Shown: positions 1 to 8,725 of the stretch, piece after piece
Numbering within the stretch: the first letter of the stretch is position 1
How the letters are laid out: each line of letters opens with the position of its first letter
Assembly (NCBI GenBank): GCA_965215565.1
Contig: CBDCDZ010000004.1
Coordinates: 1,728,001 to 1,792,000, forward strand
DNA length: 64,000 nucleotides
Source: Trueperaceae bacterium
GTDB lineage: Bacteria > Deinococcota > Deinococci > Deinococcales > Trueperaceae
Reading direction: 5' to 3'
The notes under the pieces: model-generated
What the model saw: the letters and a program-made list of their open reading frames with translations, nothing else
Databases searched by the model: none
What the model was told of the DNA's origin: nothing
Position numbers and translations under genes: made by a program

Positions 1-234
1 GATACTAGGCGCAGCGACCCTCACAAAGAGTGCGGGCGTCAACGAAGGGTACTCTGCTAGGCTCACCAGGGCTGACTTTGACATCTCGAGTAGAAATAGA
101 AGCCAAGGTAATAGGCTAAGAGAAAGTAGCACGCGCAGGACCACTACGTGTCTACGCCTTAGAGCAGGGACGAACGCTAAACCTACGCCGCTCCCTGCGG
201 ACAGCAAGAAAATAGACGCGAGAAGGACGAACAT
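1..234 (-). CDS. Hypothetical membrane protein, truncated at left window edge
   Basis: Manual translation from ATG at 234 gives MFVLLASIFLLSAGSGVGLAFVPALRRRHVVVLRVLLSLSLLPWLLFLLE..., open to position 1 and hydrophobic. Confidence 0.5.
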   Translation of the reverse strand, partial: MFVLLASIFLLSAGSGVGLAFVPALRRRHVVVLRVLLSLSLLPWLLFLLEMSKSALVSLAEYPSLTPALFVRVAAPSI

Positions 235-291
235 TGAGTCAAGGGTACAGAGTTAAACATCCCGCTTCGTGTGAAGGCGAGTAGGGCACCG

Positions 292-1134
292 TCACATCCA
301 CCTTTTGCGCCGCTTATACGACTTGATGTTCTTAAACGACTTGCGCGCCTCCCCTTCTCCCATTCCCATATAAAACTCTTTCACGTCGGGGTTATTCTTT
401 AACTGCGCCGCGCTGCCCTCCAACACGATGCGCCCTTGCTCCATGATGTAACCGTAATCGGCAATCCCTAAAGCCACGTTCGCGTTCTGCTCCACAACTA
501 GAATCGTCATACCTTCTGCGTTCACCTTTTTGATACGCTCAAAAATATCTTTGACCAGCAGCGGCGCAAGCCCCAAGCTCGGCTCGTCTAAAAGGAGCAG
601 CTTAGGCGCGGCCATGAGCGCTCGCCCGATGGCAATCATCTGCTGCTCGCCGCCACTCGTATAGCCCGCTTGCCGGCCTCTTAAATCGTGAAGACGCGGA
701 AAAATCTCGTAGATATGCGCTAACTCCTCCCTCATGTTGACGCCCTGCCGCGTAATCGAGCCGACGCGCAAGTTCTCCTCCACCGAGAGGTGCTTGAAAA
801 CGCGCCGCCCTTCGGGAACCTGGACGATTCCCTTTTTGACGATGCGTTGACCCGTGAGATGCTGCGTTTCATCCCCTTCAAAGGTGACGCTGCCCTCGCG
901 CACTTCGCCATTCTCGGGTTTCAAGAGACCAGAAATCGCGCGGAGCGTCGTCGTCTTGCCCGCGCCGTTCGTGCCTAACAGCGCGACGATTTTACCTCTC
1001 GGCACCGCAATAGAGACGCCGCGCAAGACCTGAACGATGTCGTGGTAGACGACTTCGATGTTATTAACGCTTAGCTGAATCTCGCCTAAATCTTGAGGGC
1101 GTGTGGGGGCGCAACTTTCTACGGCGTCAGTCAT
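292..1134 (-). CDS. LIV-type ABC transporter ATP-binding protein (LivF-like)
   Basis: Walker A GTNGAGKTT, SGGEQQM signature, LLLDEPSLGLAP; start placed at ATG 1134. Confidence 0.92.
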   Translation of the reverse strand: MTDAVESCAPTRPQDLGEIQLSVNNIEVVYHDIVQVLRGVSIAVPRGKIVALLGTNGAGKTTTLRAISGLLKPENGEVREGSVTFEGDETQHLTGQRIVKKGIVQVPEGRRVFKHLSVEENLRVGSITRQGVNMREELAHIYEIFPRLHDLRGRQAGYTSGGEQQMIAIGRALMAAPKLLLLDEPSLGLAPLLVKDIFERIKKVNAEGMTILVVEQNANVALGIADYGYIMEQGRIVLEGSAAQLKNNPDVKEFYMGMGEGEARKSFKNIKSYKRRKRWM

Positions 1135-1207
1135 GGGATGTCCAATCAAAATAAATGAGCGTTTCGTTCAGAATGAAGGGGATGTTGGTTGCACCTAAGT
1201 AGAAGAG

Positions 1208-1304
1208 GTGGGGCGGATTTGAAACCCGCCCCTACACCGCGTCAGATTCGCATAGGTTGGAAAGTAACGCTGTGTAGCAGGGATGATTCATGAATCACCT
1301 CTAC
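1208..1304. repeat. Pair of GTAG-type REP palindromes
   Basis: GTGGGGCGGATTTGAAACCCGCCCCTAC (1208-1235) and GCAGGGATGATTCATGAATCACCTCTAC (1277-1304); related copies at 36349, 36405, 40324, 53942, 56900. Confidence 0.75.
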
Positions 1305-1311
1305 TTAGGGT

Positions 1312-2517
1312 TTAGTTTGAACTAATTTCAGAAAAGGTCTCGGACTGGTAGGGTTCAGTCATCGGCACGAATTCGCCCCCTTCAACCTGCAAGAGGCGCA
1401 GGGCGTCCACACCGACGTGGTCATCTTCGCTAAAAGAAACAGGCGAGACGCCAAAGCCAGAGTCGTACGCGCCTTCCGCCTCATCGTTCATCGCTAGCAG
1501 TTCTTCGTACATCATCGCTGAGTCGATTTCATCGCCGCGCTCGGCGACGCGCCGCGCCGCTTCGATGTAGATGGCGGCTTGCATGAGTCCCGTCGTATAG
1601 TTCACGTCTTGGATACTTTCCTCACTGCGCCCGTAGCGCTCGCCGATTTCGCGCTGAAGCTGCATTCCCTGAGTTTGTTCGCTTTCTAGCACGAAGCTCG
1701 TCGCCCACAAGAAACCCTCCGCCGCCTCCCCCGCCAAGCTCGTCAAGGTGGAGCCGCCCGTGTAGTGTGCACCCATGAAAGTCATCGAATCCAAAAGCCC
1801 TAGCGCCTGCGCCGCATTCAGCATCGCTGCAACGGGCGATTGCACCGTCTGACTGATGACGTACTGGACGCCCTCAGCGTTCCACCTTTGCAACGTCGCT
1901 GTGTAGTCCGTCCCTTCACCGTGCTCTTGCACACCGACGATTTCAATGCCTAGAACCTCCGCCGCTGCCTGCGCATCCTCGACGGGCGCACGTCCGAAGG
2001 GGCTCGGGTGTGCGAGAATGGCGACTTTAGGTGCGGCGTCGCCCTCGTGGTTCTCGGCAATCCAATCTAGGAGCGCCACAACCTGCTCACTGTAAGAGGT
2101 GATGGGCAAGAAGTTGTAGGCGTTGTCGGGCGGGTTGATCACGCCGATATGCAGGCTCGCCGAAATCATCGGTATCTCCTCCTCGACGGCGTTGAGTTTA
2201 AGCTGCAAGGTCGCGCCCGTCGCGTAGGAGATAAAGGCGTCCATCTCTTCGTCTAGGTACGACTCGAAGTTGCGGAGCGTGTTGTCGTTGTTGTAGCCGT
2301 CGTCGTTGACCAGACATTCGACGCTCACGTCGGGGATGAGGTTCTCTTCGTTGGCGTAGCGGCAGTAGTCTTGCACCGCCTCGAAAACGAAGCGTCCGGC
2401 GTCGCTGGTGGGTCCGGTGACTGCACCCGACCAACCGATGACGACTTCATCCTGGGCGTAGCTCAGCCCGATGAGGGCACAGCAGAGGGTAAGCAATACT
2501 GTTTTAGCTCGTTTCAT
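1312..2517 (-). CDS. LIV-family ABC substrate-binding protein
   Basis: Signal peptide MKRAKTVLLTLCCALIGLSYAQ, IGWSGAVTGPTS and DDGYN motifs; GGAGA RBS before ATG 2517. Confidence 0.88.
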   Translation of the reverse strand: MKRAKTVLLTLCCALIGLSYAQDEVVIGWSGAVTGPTSDAGRFVFEAVQDYCRYANEENLIPDVSVECLVNDDGYNNDNTLRNFESYLDEEMDAFISYATGATLQLKLNAVEEEIPMISASLHIGVINPPDNAYNFLPITSYSEQVVALLDWIAENHEGDAAPKVAILAHPSPFGRAPVEDAQAAAEVLGIEIVGVQEHGEGTDYTATLQRWNAEGVQYVISQTVQSPVAAMLNAAQALGLLDSMTFMGAHYTGGSTLTSLAGEAAEGFLWATSFVLESEQTQGMQLQREIGERYGRSEESIQDVNYTTGLMQAAIYIEAARRVAERGDEIDSAMMYEELLAMNDEAEGAYDSGFGVSPVSFSEDDHVGVDALRLLQVEGGEFVPMTEPYQSETFSEISSN

Positions 2518-2589
2518 TCTGTCTCCTTGTGAATAGAAAAGATGAATGACAGGGTGTGATGATCTCTCTAGATATTCTTTGAATATCTG

Positions 2590-2746
2590 TAGCAGTTCCA
2601 CTTATCATTGCTTGGACGAAGTCATGTGAAGCAACACTTCTCCGCAGATCTCAGCCTGTCAAGGCTAGCGGAACTTCATCCCTGAAAGTGCGTGCTAGGC
2701 GATGTTCTTCTCAGTAAGAGTGTAGCTGACCAGATGATACCTGCTA
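2590..2746 (-). mobile_element. MITE family A copy (157 bp, with internal inserts)
   Basis: Ends TAGCAGTTCCA...ACCAGATGATACCTGCTA, matching copies at 40986 and 59108. Confidence 0.75.
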
Positions 2747-2863
2747 CTGAATACCTCTTTTAGTCGATAGCTCGAGCCACCTCCTCCAGAAGCTCTACGG
2801 CCACCTCTCGCGAGTTTACGCGGGTAGAGCCACCTCTTTTTTCGGTCCAGAGCGAGCATACCA

Positions 2864-3976
2864 TTAAAATTTGAACGGCCACCGCTTGAAGTACTGACGA
2901 ATAAGCCGCCACCAGTTCGCTAAACCCCTCGGCTCAAAAATCAGGAAGAGCACGATAATCAGCCCAAACACAGTGGGTCTCATGGCAGTTGCCACGTCGA
3001 TATTGTTGGGAAAGACCTGACCTAAGAACCCTGAGAACTCCTCCACCCAGGGGTCTAAGAAGAGGATGAAGGCGGGTCCAATCAGTGACCCCACCATAGT
3101 TCCCAGTCCTCCGACAATCGCCATTGCCAAAAAGTCAATAGAAATACCGAGCGTAAACGACTCGACAATCGCGCTGCCGTTATAGAGCGTAAAAAGTGCA
3201 CCTGCCACGCCTGCATAGAACCCGGCAACCGCAAACGCCATCACTTTGGTGCGCCCCGGCGCAATCCCCATCGCGTCCGCCGCCCGGTCATTATCGCGCA
3301 CCGCGATGAGCGAACGCCCGTACTTGCTGCGCAAGAGGTTGCGCATGAAAATCGCCATGATGACCACCACGGCGAGCACAAAATAATAGAAGAAGGGACC
3401 GATGGTAGACGAGCCGCTGATGCGCTCCCCGAAAAAGTCGATGCGCGGGATGCGGATGCTGCCCCCCTGATTGAGCCAGGGCGAATGCCCTACCGTCCAG
3501 GTGAAGATAATCTGAAAGGCGAGCGTGGAAATGGCAAGGTAGAGGTGTTTGAGTCGCAAACTCGGCAGCCCGACGAACGCCCCGAAGCCTGCCGCGACAA
3601 AGCCACAAATGGGTAAGAGGAGGATGACGTACCAAAAGGGAATCGCATCCTCAAAGCCGAACAGCGGCACCGCTAAATCCCGCGTCACTGTAATCGCCGT
3701 GTACGCCCCCACGCCCATAAACGCCGCTTGCCCGATCGAAATCTGCCCTGCGTAGCCCGTCACTAAGTTGAGCCCCATCACCGCCACCATATAGATGAGC
3801 GCCAAGTCGAAAAGCCGAAAGAGCGAGCGCGACATAAAGGGGAGTTGCGGCAAGACGAGGAGCGCGAGCAAGAAGATGACTAAAGACGCCTCTTCGCTGT
3901 AAGTGGCGAAAATCGTCTGGTCTTCCTTGTAACTTCTCCGGTAATTACCCGACTGAAACCAGCGATTAACAGCCAT
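2864..3976 (-). CDS. LIV-type ABC permease (LivM-like)
   Basis: GLNLVTGYAGQISIGQAAFMGVGAY and YLAISTLAF motifs, multiple TM segments. Confidence 0.92.
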   Translation of the reverse strand: MAVNRWFQSGNYRRSYKEDQTIFATYSEEASLVIFLLALLVLPQLPFMSRSLFRLFDLALIYMVAVMGLNLVTGYAGQISIGQAAFMGVGAYTAITVTRDLAVPLFGFEDAIPFWYVILLLPICGFVAAGFGAFVGLPSLRLKHLYLAISTLAFQIIFTWTVGHSPWLNQGGSIRIPRIDFFGERISGSSTIGPFFYYFVLAVVVIMAIFMRNLLRSKYGRSLIAVRDNDRAADAMGIAPGRTKVMAFAVAGFYAGVAGALFTLYNGSAIVESFTLGISIDFLAMAIVGGLGTMVGSLIGPAFILFLDPWVEEFSGFLGQVFPNNIDVATAMRPTVFGLIIVLFLIFEPRGLANWWRLIRQYFKRWPFKF

Positions 3977-4092
3977 GATGCGCTCCGCAAAAGCAGGACT
4001 GAGAGAAGCGTTGCGAGGACTGAGTCAAAAGGTCAAAGGTTAAAGGTTGAGAGATACTTTTCTCTTTTCCCTCAGTCCTTTCAACTTGCTTT

Positions 4093-4986
4093 TTATACAC
4101 GTTCGATCTCCACCGTTCCAAAGAGCCCATAGGGCTTGATCAGCAGGATGATAATGAGAAGCACGAAAGGGACAACTTCACCTGTGCCGCCGCCGGGGAC
4201 GAAGGGGTCTAGGTAGCCCGACGCTAAAACCTCGGTGACGCCAATCAGCACACCGCCCACGACTGCGCCCGTCACGGAGTCGAGACCACCTAAGATGACG
4301 GCGGGAAAGACGCGCAGACCGATGGCGGTTAAGCCGGCGAACTCGAGCCCATAGAGCCCCCCTACTACGAAGCCCGCCGCTGTCGCGCTGATGCCCGCCG
4401 CCGCCCACGCCAGCGCAAAGACCCGCTCGATTGAAACCCCAACGCTCAGCGCCGCCAACTGATCATCCGCCACCGCCCGCATCGAAATCCCCAGCGTACT
4501 GCGCGTAAAAAACCAACTCAGCGCGAGGATGAAAAAGAGGGTGAGGCCAATCGCAATCGCTTGCTCCCAGCGGAGGATGATGCCACCAAAGGTGATGGGC
4601 GTGTTCGGCAAAAAGCTCGGAAACCGCGCCGTGAGGGTGCCGAAGGGCGTGAAGTAGACAAGCCCGGAGAGGAGACTCGCCAGACCTATCGTCACCATGA
4701 TGACGCTGATAATCGGTTCGCCGATCATTGGACGCAAGAAGAGGCGTTCGACGCCCTGCCCAACGAAGTACATTAAAACCATCGCCCCGACGAACGACAC
4801 CCAAATAGGGACGCCTGCCCACACCGTTAAACCGTAGATAATAAACGTGCCGATGGCAATGAGTTCGCCGTGCGCGAAGTTGATGACGCGGCTGGCTTTG
4901 TAGATGAGGACGAAGCCCAAAGCGGCTAAGGCGTAGATGCAGCCGACAGCGACGCCCGTGACGATAAGCTGAAGAAAGTAGGTCAT
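4093..4986 (-). CDS. LIV-type ABC permease (LivH-like)
   Basis: YALAALGFVLIYKASRVINFAHGE motif. Confidence 0.92.
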   Translation of the reverse strand: MTYFLQLIVTGVAVGCIYALAALGFVLIYKASRVINFAHGELIAIGTFIIYGLTVWAGVPIWVSFVGAMVLMYFVGQGVERLFLRPMIGEPIISVIMVTIGLASLLSGLVYFTPFGTLTARFPSFLPNTPITFGGIILRWEQAIAIGLTLFFILALSWFFTRSTLGISMRAVADDQLAALSVGVSIERVFALAWAAAGISATAAGFVVGGLYGLEFAGLTAIGLRVFPAVILGGLDSVTGAVVGGVLIGVTEVLASGYLDPFVPGGGTGEVVPFVLLIIILLIKPYGLFGTVEIERV

Positions 4987-5384
4987 AGGGAAACCTCTTC
5001 TTTAGGTGAAGGCCCGAAGCGGTTCTCACCCTCTGACCCTGCTAAACAACCTGTTTCGATGAACGCCCAAATCCCCCCGATGAGCGGCACGAAATTGATT
5101 AAGTACCACCACCCCGACTTCCCTCTGTCGTGCCAGCGCTTCACCTGTGTGGCGATGCCGGGCCATAAGAGCGCGAGGCTCCAGACAATCGCGAGCCAAT
5201 CCATAGGACCGCTGGGGCTGGTTTGGTTTGCGCCGCTCACGCCGCCCGCAAGAAGTCCGATGAGCAGGGAGATGCCGAGCGCAGGCAGCAGAAAATTGAG
5301 CCAGTACTGCTTGCGGCTGATGCGTCCTTTTAGGGAGAACAAAAACCACTGCCAATCCATCTGTTCGTTCACCTGTTTGGTCAC
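4983..5384 (-). CDS. DUF805 family membrane protein
   Basis: FSLKGRISRKQYW, VKRWHDRGKSGWW, GSEGENRFGP motifs. Confidence 0.85.
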   Translation of the reverse strand: MTKQVNEQMDWQWFLFSLKGRISRKQYWLNFLLPALGISLLIGLLAGGVSGANQTSPSGPMDWLAIVWSLALLWPGIATQVKRWHDRGKSGWWYLINFVPLIGGIWAFIETGCLAGSEGENRFGPSPKEEVSL

Positions 5385-5397
5385 TGTATACCTTTAT

Positions 5398-7365
5398 TCA
5401 CTGGACACCTCGAGCCGTCTTCTCTGGTTGGCGCGACTTCTCCGCTGAATCCGCCTCTAAAATCCGCACGTCCGTCTCCACCTCGTTGACTTGCCCGTCC
5501 TGATAGCGAAACTCCGCCTTGATGCTGACCTCTTCTAACTCCGGTTGATAGAGCGCTCCTAAAATCTCCCCGTAGCGCTTCCCAACGAAGCCGCGTCGCA
5601 CCTTGCCCGTGCGCGTAAGCTCTTCGTCGTCGGCGTCCAAGAGTTTGTAGAGTAAGACGAGGCGGTGAATGCGCTCCGCTTCATTCAAATCTTCGTTGAC
5701 GCTGTTGACCTCACTCAAGATGAGCTTGGCAACTTCGGTCTGCTGCGACAGGTCCATGTACGTCGTATAGGAAATCCCCTTGTCCTCCGCCCACTTGCCT
5801 ACCGTCATCGGGTCGATGTTGATTAGCGCGGTGATAAAGGGTTGATCGTCGCCGTACACCACCGCCTCTTTGATAAAGGGGCTGAACTTGAGCTTATTTT
5901 CGATGAACTGCGGGCTGAACATGTGCCCGCTGCCCGTGTGCATCACGTCACCCACACGGTCGATGATGACTAGGTGTCCGTCCTCGTCGAGATAGCCCGC
6001 GTCGCCACTTCTAAACCAGCCGCCTTCCGCCAAGACCTCTTCGAAATCTTCATCACGCTCGTAGTAGCCGTGACAGACGCCGTCGCAGCGGGTTAAAACC
6101 TCGCCGCTCTCGGAGATTTTCACCTCGACGCCAGGGAGCGGCAAGCCCACCGTATCGTGCTTCACGTCGCCGTCGCGCTGGATATACGCTAAGCCGGAGG
6201 TCTCGGTCTGTCCGTAGACCTGTTTGAGATTGACGCCCATCCCCTGAAAGAACTTGAAGGTGTCGGGTCCTAACGCCGCGCCGCCCGTGTAGGCGCGTTT
6301 GAGGCGCAGGAAACCCAACTGGTCTTTCATCGGGCGAAAGAGCGCGAAGTGGGCGAAGCGGTAGCCGATTCGTAGCCCTAGCGGTAAAGACTCGCCGCGC
6401 ATTCGGTAGTCGGCGGCGCGGCGTCCGACGTTCATGAGCGTCTTGTACGTCCAGCGGTTGAAGGGGTAAGACTCGTCCATCTTGACCCAGATATTCGACT
6501 GGACGCCCTCCCAAACACGCGGCGCACCCAGCATCATGTGGGGTCCAATCTCTTTGAGGTCGTCCATCGCCGTCTCGCTCGACTCGGGGAAATTCACCAC
6601 CATGCCCGTCAAGAGCGGCACGGCGAGCGCGAAGACTTGCTCGACGATCCAGGCGAAGGGGAGGTACGAGACGTAATCGTCGCCCTCGGCGATGGGGTCA
6701 ACTTGGTGGAGGGCGTGCGCCATCGCCAGGTAGTTGCGGTGGCTGAGCATGGCGGCTTTGGGGCGTCCGGTGGTGCCTGACGTTGCCGAGAGGTGGCAGA
6801 TGTCGTCCGAAGCGCCTTGCGCCACATGTTCGGCGAAGAGGGTAGGCTCGCGCTGGTGGAAGGCGTCGCCCGTCTCCAAAAGCTGCTGCCAGCTCATGAA
6901 CCAGTCGTCCTCTAAGTAGGGACGCATCCCCTTCTCGTCCTCGAAGATGACCTTTTTGATGTTCGGCAGTTCGCTCCGCAACGCCAAGACCTTATCGACT
7001 TGCTCTTGGTCTTCGGCTAGTACGAGGCTGGCTTCGCTGTACTCCAAGAGATACTTCACCTCGTCGCGCCCCGACGACTGATAAATCCCGATGGTCATTG
7101 CGCCTAAGCTTTGCGCCGCAAGTTCCGTGATGGTCCACTCGGGGATGTTGTCGGCGATGACGGCGACTCTGTCGCCTGGGGTAACGCCCAGCGAGAGGAG
7201 CCCTAAAGCGGCGTTGCGGACTTTGGTCTCGAGCCCCCGCCACGTCAACTCGTTCCAGATGCCGTAGTCCTTCTTGCGAAGCGCCACCTTGTCGGGTGTG
7301 GCAGCGGCGCGTTTTAGGAGGAGCTGCGGCAAGGTCATGTGCGCCATCTCGCGCGTTACGTTCAT
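5398..7365 (-). CDS. Long-chain fatty-acid--CoA ligase (AMP-binding)
   Basis: TSGTTGRPK, YGQTE, GWFRSGDAG motifs; start placed at ATG 7365, after the upstream ATPase stop. Confidence 0.9.
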   Translation of the reverse strand: MNVTREMAHMTLPQLLLKRAAATPDKVALRKKDYGIWNELTWRGLETKVRNAALGLLSLGVTPGDRVAVIADNIPEWTITELAAQSLGAMTIGIYQSSGRDEVKYLLEYSEASLVLAEDQEQVDKVLALRSELPNIKKVIFEDEKGMRPYLEDDWFMSWQQLLETGDAFHQREPTLFAEHVAQGASDDICHLSATSGTTGRPKAAMLSHRNYLAMAHALHQVDPIAEGDDYVSYLPFAWIVEQVFALAVPLLTGMVVNFPESSETAMDDLKEIGPHMMLGAPRVWEGVQSNIWVKMDESYPFNRWTYKTLMNVGRRAADYRMRGESLPLGLRIGYRFAHFALFRPMKDQLGFLRLKRAYTGGAALGPDTFKFFQGMGVNLKQVYGQTETSGLAYIQRDGDVKHDTVGLPLPGVEVKISESGEVLTRCDGVCHGYYERDEDFEEVLAEGGWFRSGDAGYLDEDGHLVIIDRVGDVMHTGSGHMFSPQFIENKLKFSPFIKEAVVYGDDQPFITALINIDPMTVGKWAEDKGISYTTYMDLSQQTEVAKLILSEVNSVNEDLNEAERIHRLVLLYKLLDADDEELTRTGKVRRGFVGKRYGEILGALYQPELEEVSIKAEFRYQDGQVNEVETDVRILEADSAEKSRQPEKTARGVQ

Positions 7366-7387
7366 GAGGGAACCTCTTGAAGCTCGT

Positions 7388-8179
7388 TCATACGGAGACC
7401 TCTTCGTCCCCCACGTACGCCTCGATGACGGCGGGGTCTTTGGCGACCTCTTGCGGTTTACCCCCCGCGATGCGTTCGCCGAAGTCCAGCACGTAGACGA
7501 AGTCGCTGATGTCCATGACCACACCCAAATCGTGCTCGATTAAGACTACCGTCATGTCACGCTCCGCCTGAATATCTAAGATGAAGCGCACGATATCCTC
7601 TTTTTCGCCTAAGGTCATGCCCGCCATCGGCTCGTCTAAAAGGAGGAGTTTGGGACCGAGCGTCAAGGCCCGCGCCATCTCCACGCGCTTACGCACGCCG
7701 TAGGCGAGGCTGCCCACCACCTTTTTGCGGTAGGGTTCTAACTCCATAAAGTCGATGACCTCTTCCACGTAGGCGCGGTTTTGGCTCTCCTGTTTGCTCG
7801 TGCGTCCGTAAAAGAAGAGCGCTTGCCAGAAGCTGTAGTTGAGGTGCGCGTGCCGCGCCAACATGAGGTTGTCTAGCACCGACAGTCCCGAAAAGAGTTC
7901 GATATTTTGAAAGGCTCTGGCGACGCCCAACTTTGAAATTTGGTGCGGGCTCGCGCCCACTAAATCGTGACCTTCAAACTGAACCCTTCCGCTCGTCGCC
8001 TCGTAAAAGCCCGAGACGCAGTTTAGGAGGCTCGTCTTACCCGCGCCATTAGGACCTATGACCGAGGTGATCGTATTGGGCTCAACGCTGAGTGAGACGC
8101 GGCTCAGCGCGTTGAGCCCGCCGAAGGTGAGCGTCAGGTTCTCAACGACGAGTTGAGGAGATGCGGCTCGAGAAGCCAC
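7388..8179 (-). CDS. LIV-type ABC ATP-binding protein (LivG-like)
   Basis: FGGLNALS, GPNGAGKTS, LLLDEPMAGM, IEHDLGVVM. Confidence 0.92.
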   Translation of the reverse strand: MASRAASPQLVVENLTLTFGGLNALSRVSLSVEPNTITSVIGPNGAGKTSLLNCVSGFYEATSGRVQFEGHDLVGASPHQISKLGVARAFQNIELFSGLSVLDNLMLARHAHLNYSFWQALFFYGRTSKQESQNRAYVEEVIDFMELEPYRKKVVGSLAYGVRKRVEMARALTLGPKLLLLDEPMAGMTLGEKEDIVRFILDIQAERDMTVVLIEHDLGVVMDISDFVYVLDFGERIAGGKPQEVAKDPAVIEAYVGDEEVSV

Positions 8180-8268
8180 GGGGTTGCACCTCGTTTCTTA
8201 CAGCAAGGATGACTTAGGGTAACGTGCTGCAAGTATATCAGTGAGGTGAAAGCGCATGTCAACTAATA

Positions 8269-8379
8269 TAGCAAGTATCATTTGGTTTGAGCCAGTCTCA
8301 CGTTAGAGAACTTGGGCGAACGCGCACATTCTTAAATGATACTTGCGCTATTCCAATTCAGTACTTCTGTGAACTGCTT
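8269..8379 (+). mobile_element. MITE family A, degenerate copy
   Basis: TAGCAAGTATCATTTGGTTTGA...AATGATACTTGCG...GAACTGCT; 111 bp like the intact copies. Confidence 0.65.
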
Positions 8380-8395
8380 TATCAGACTGAAAAGG

Positions 8396-8487
8396 GGGTG
8401 TCACAATGTGTGGGCGTTCGAAGTTACCCGCGCTGCGCGTTAGCAAGCTGAACATAGAGCGTTTAAGGATGTCACGTTGTGACACCC
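8396..8487. repeat. TIR-bounded element (possible additional MITE)
   Basis: GGGTGTCACAATGTG (8396-8410) and CACGTTGTGACACCC (8473-8487), 14/15 inverted match. Confidence 0.5.
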
Positions 8488-8503
8488 TTAAATCACTTTG
8501 GTA

Positions 8504-8635
8504 TAGCAGGTATCATCTGGTCAGAGTGTACGAAGTTATGCGAAGCAACACTCTCACTTTGTGAAACGCTGTTTAGCACGCACTTTAAGGGATGATACCT
8601 GCGTTCAACTGTCTCAGTGTGTCGTGGAACTGCTA
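8504..8635 (+). mobile_element. MITE family A copy (132 bp = 111 + 21-nt module)
   Basis: TAGCAGGTATCATCTGGT...GATGATACCTGCG...GGAACTGCTA. Confidence 0.8.
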
Positions 8636-8725
8636 GTATAAGGTGGATTCGCTAAGGCAACAGGCGTGGTTGAGCAACTTGAAAAGACAGAATCCTCGGG
8701 CAAAACTCGAGAACCGCGCCGACCT

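Noticed and set aside
7366..7524. N-terminal extensions in the ORF track (ligase 7524, SBP 2601, flippase 11865, SDR 12529, prmA 38736, nirB 43692, DUF58 60936)
   Set aside because: They overlap upstream genes or repeats; downstream starts with an RBS or stop-start coupling fit better.
8529..8539. TACGAAGTTAT matches 11 nt of a loxP arm
   Set aside because: No second arm or 8-bp spacer; it is part of the variable 21-nt micro-module, so the match is probably coincidental.
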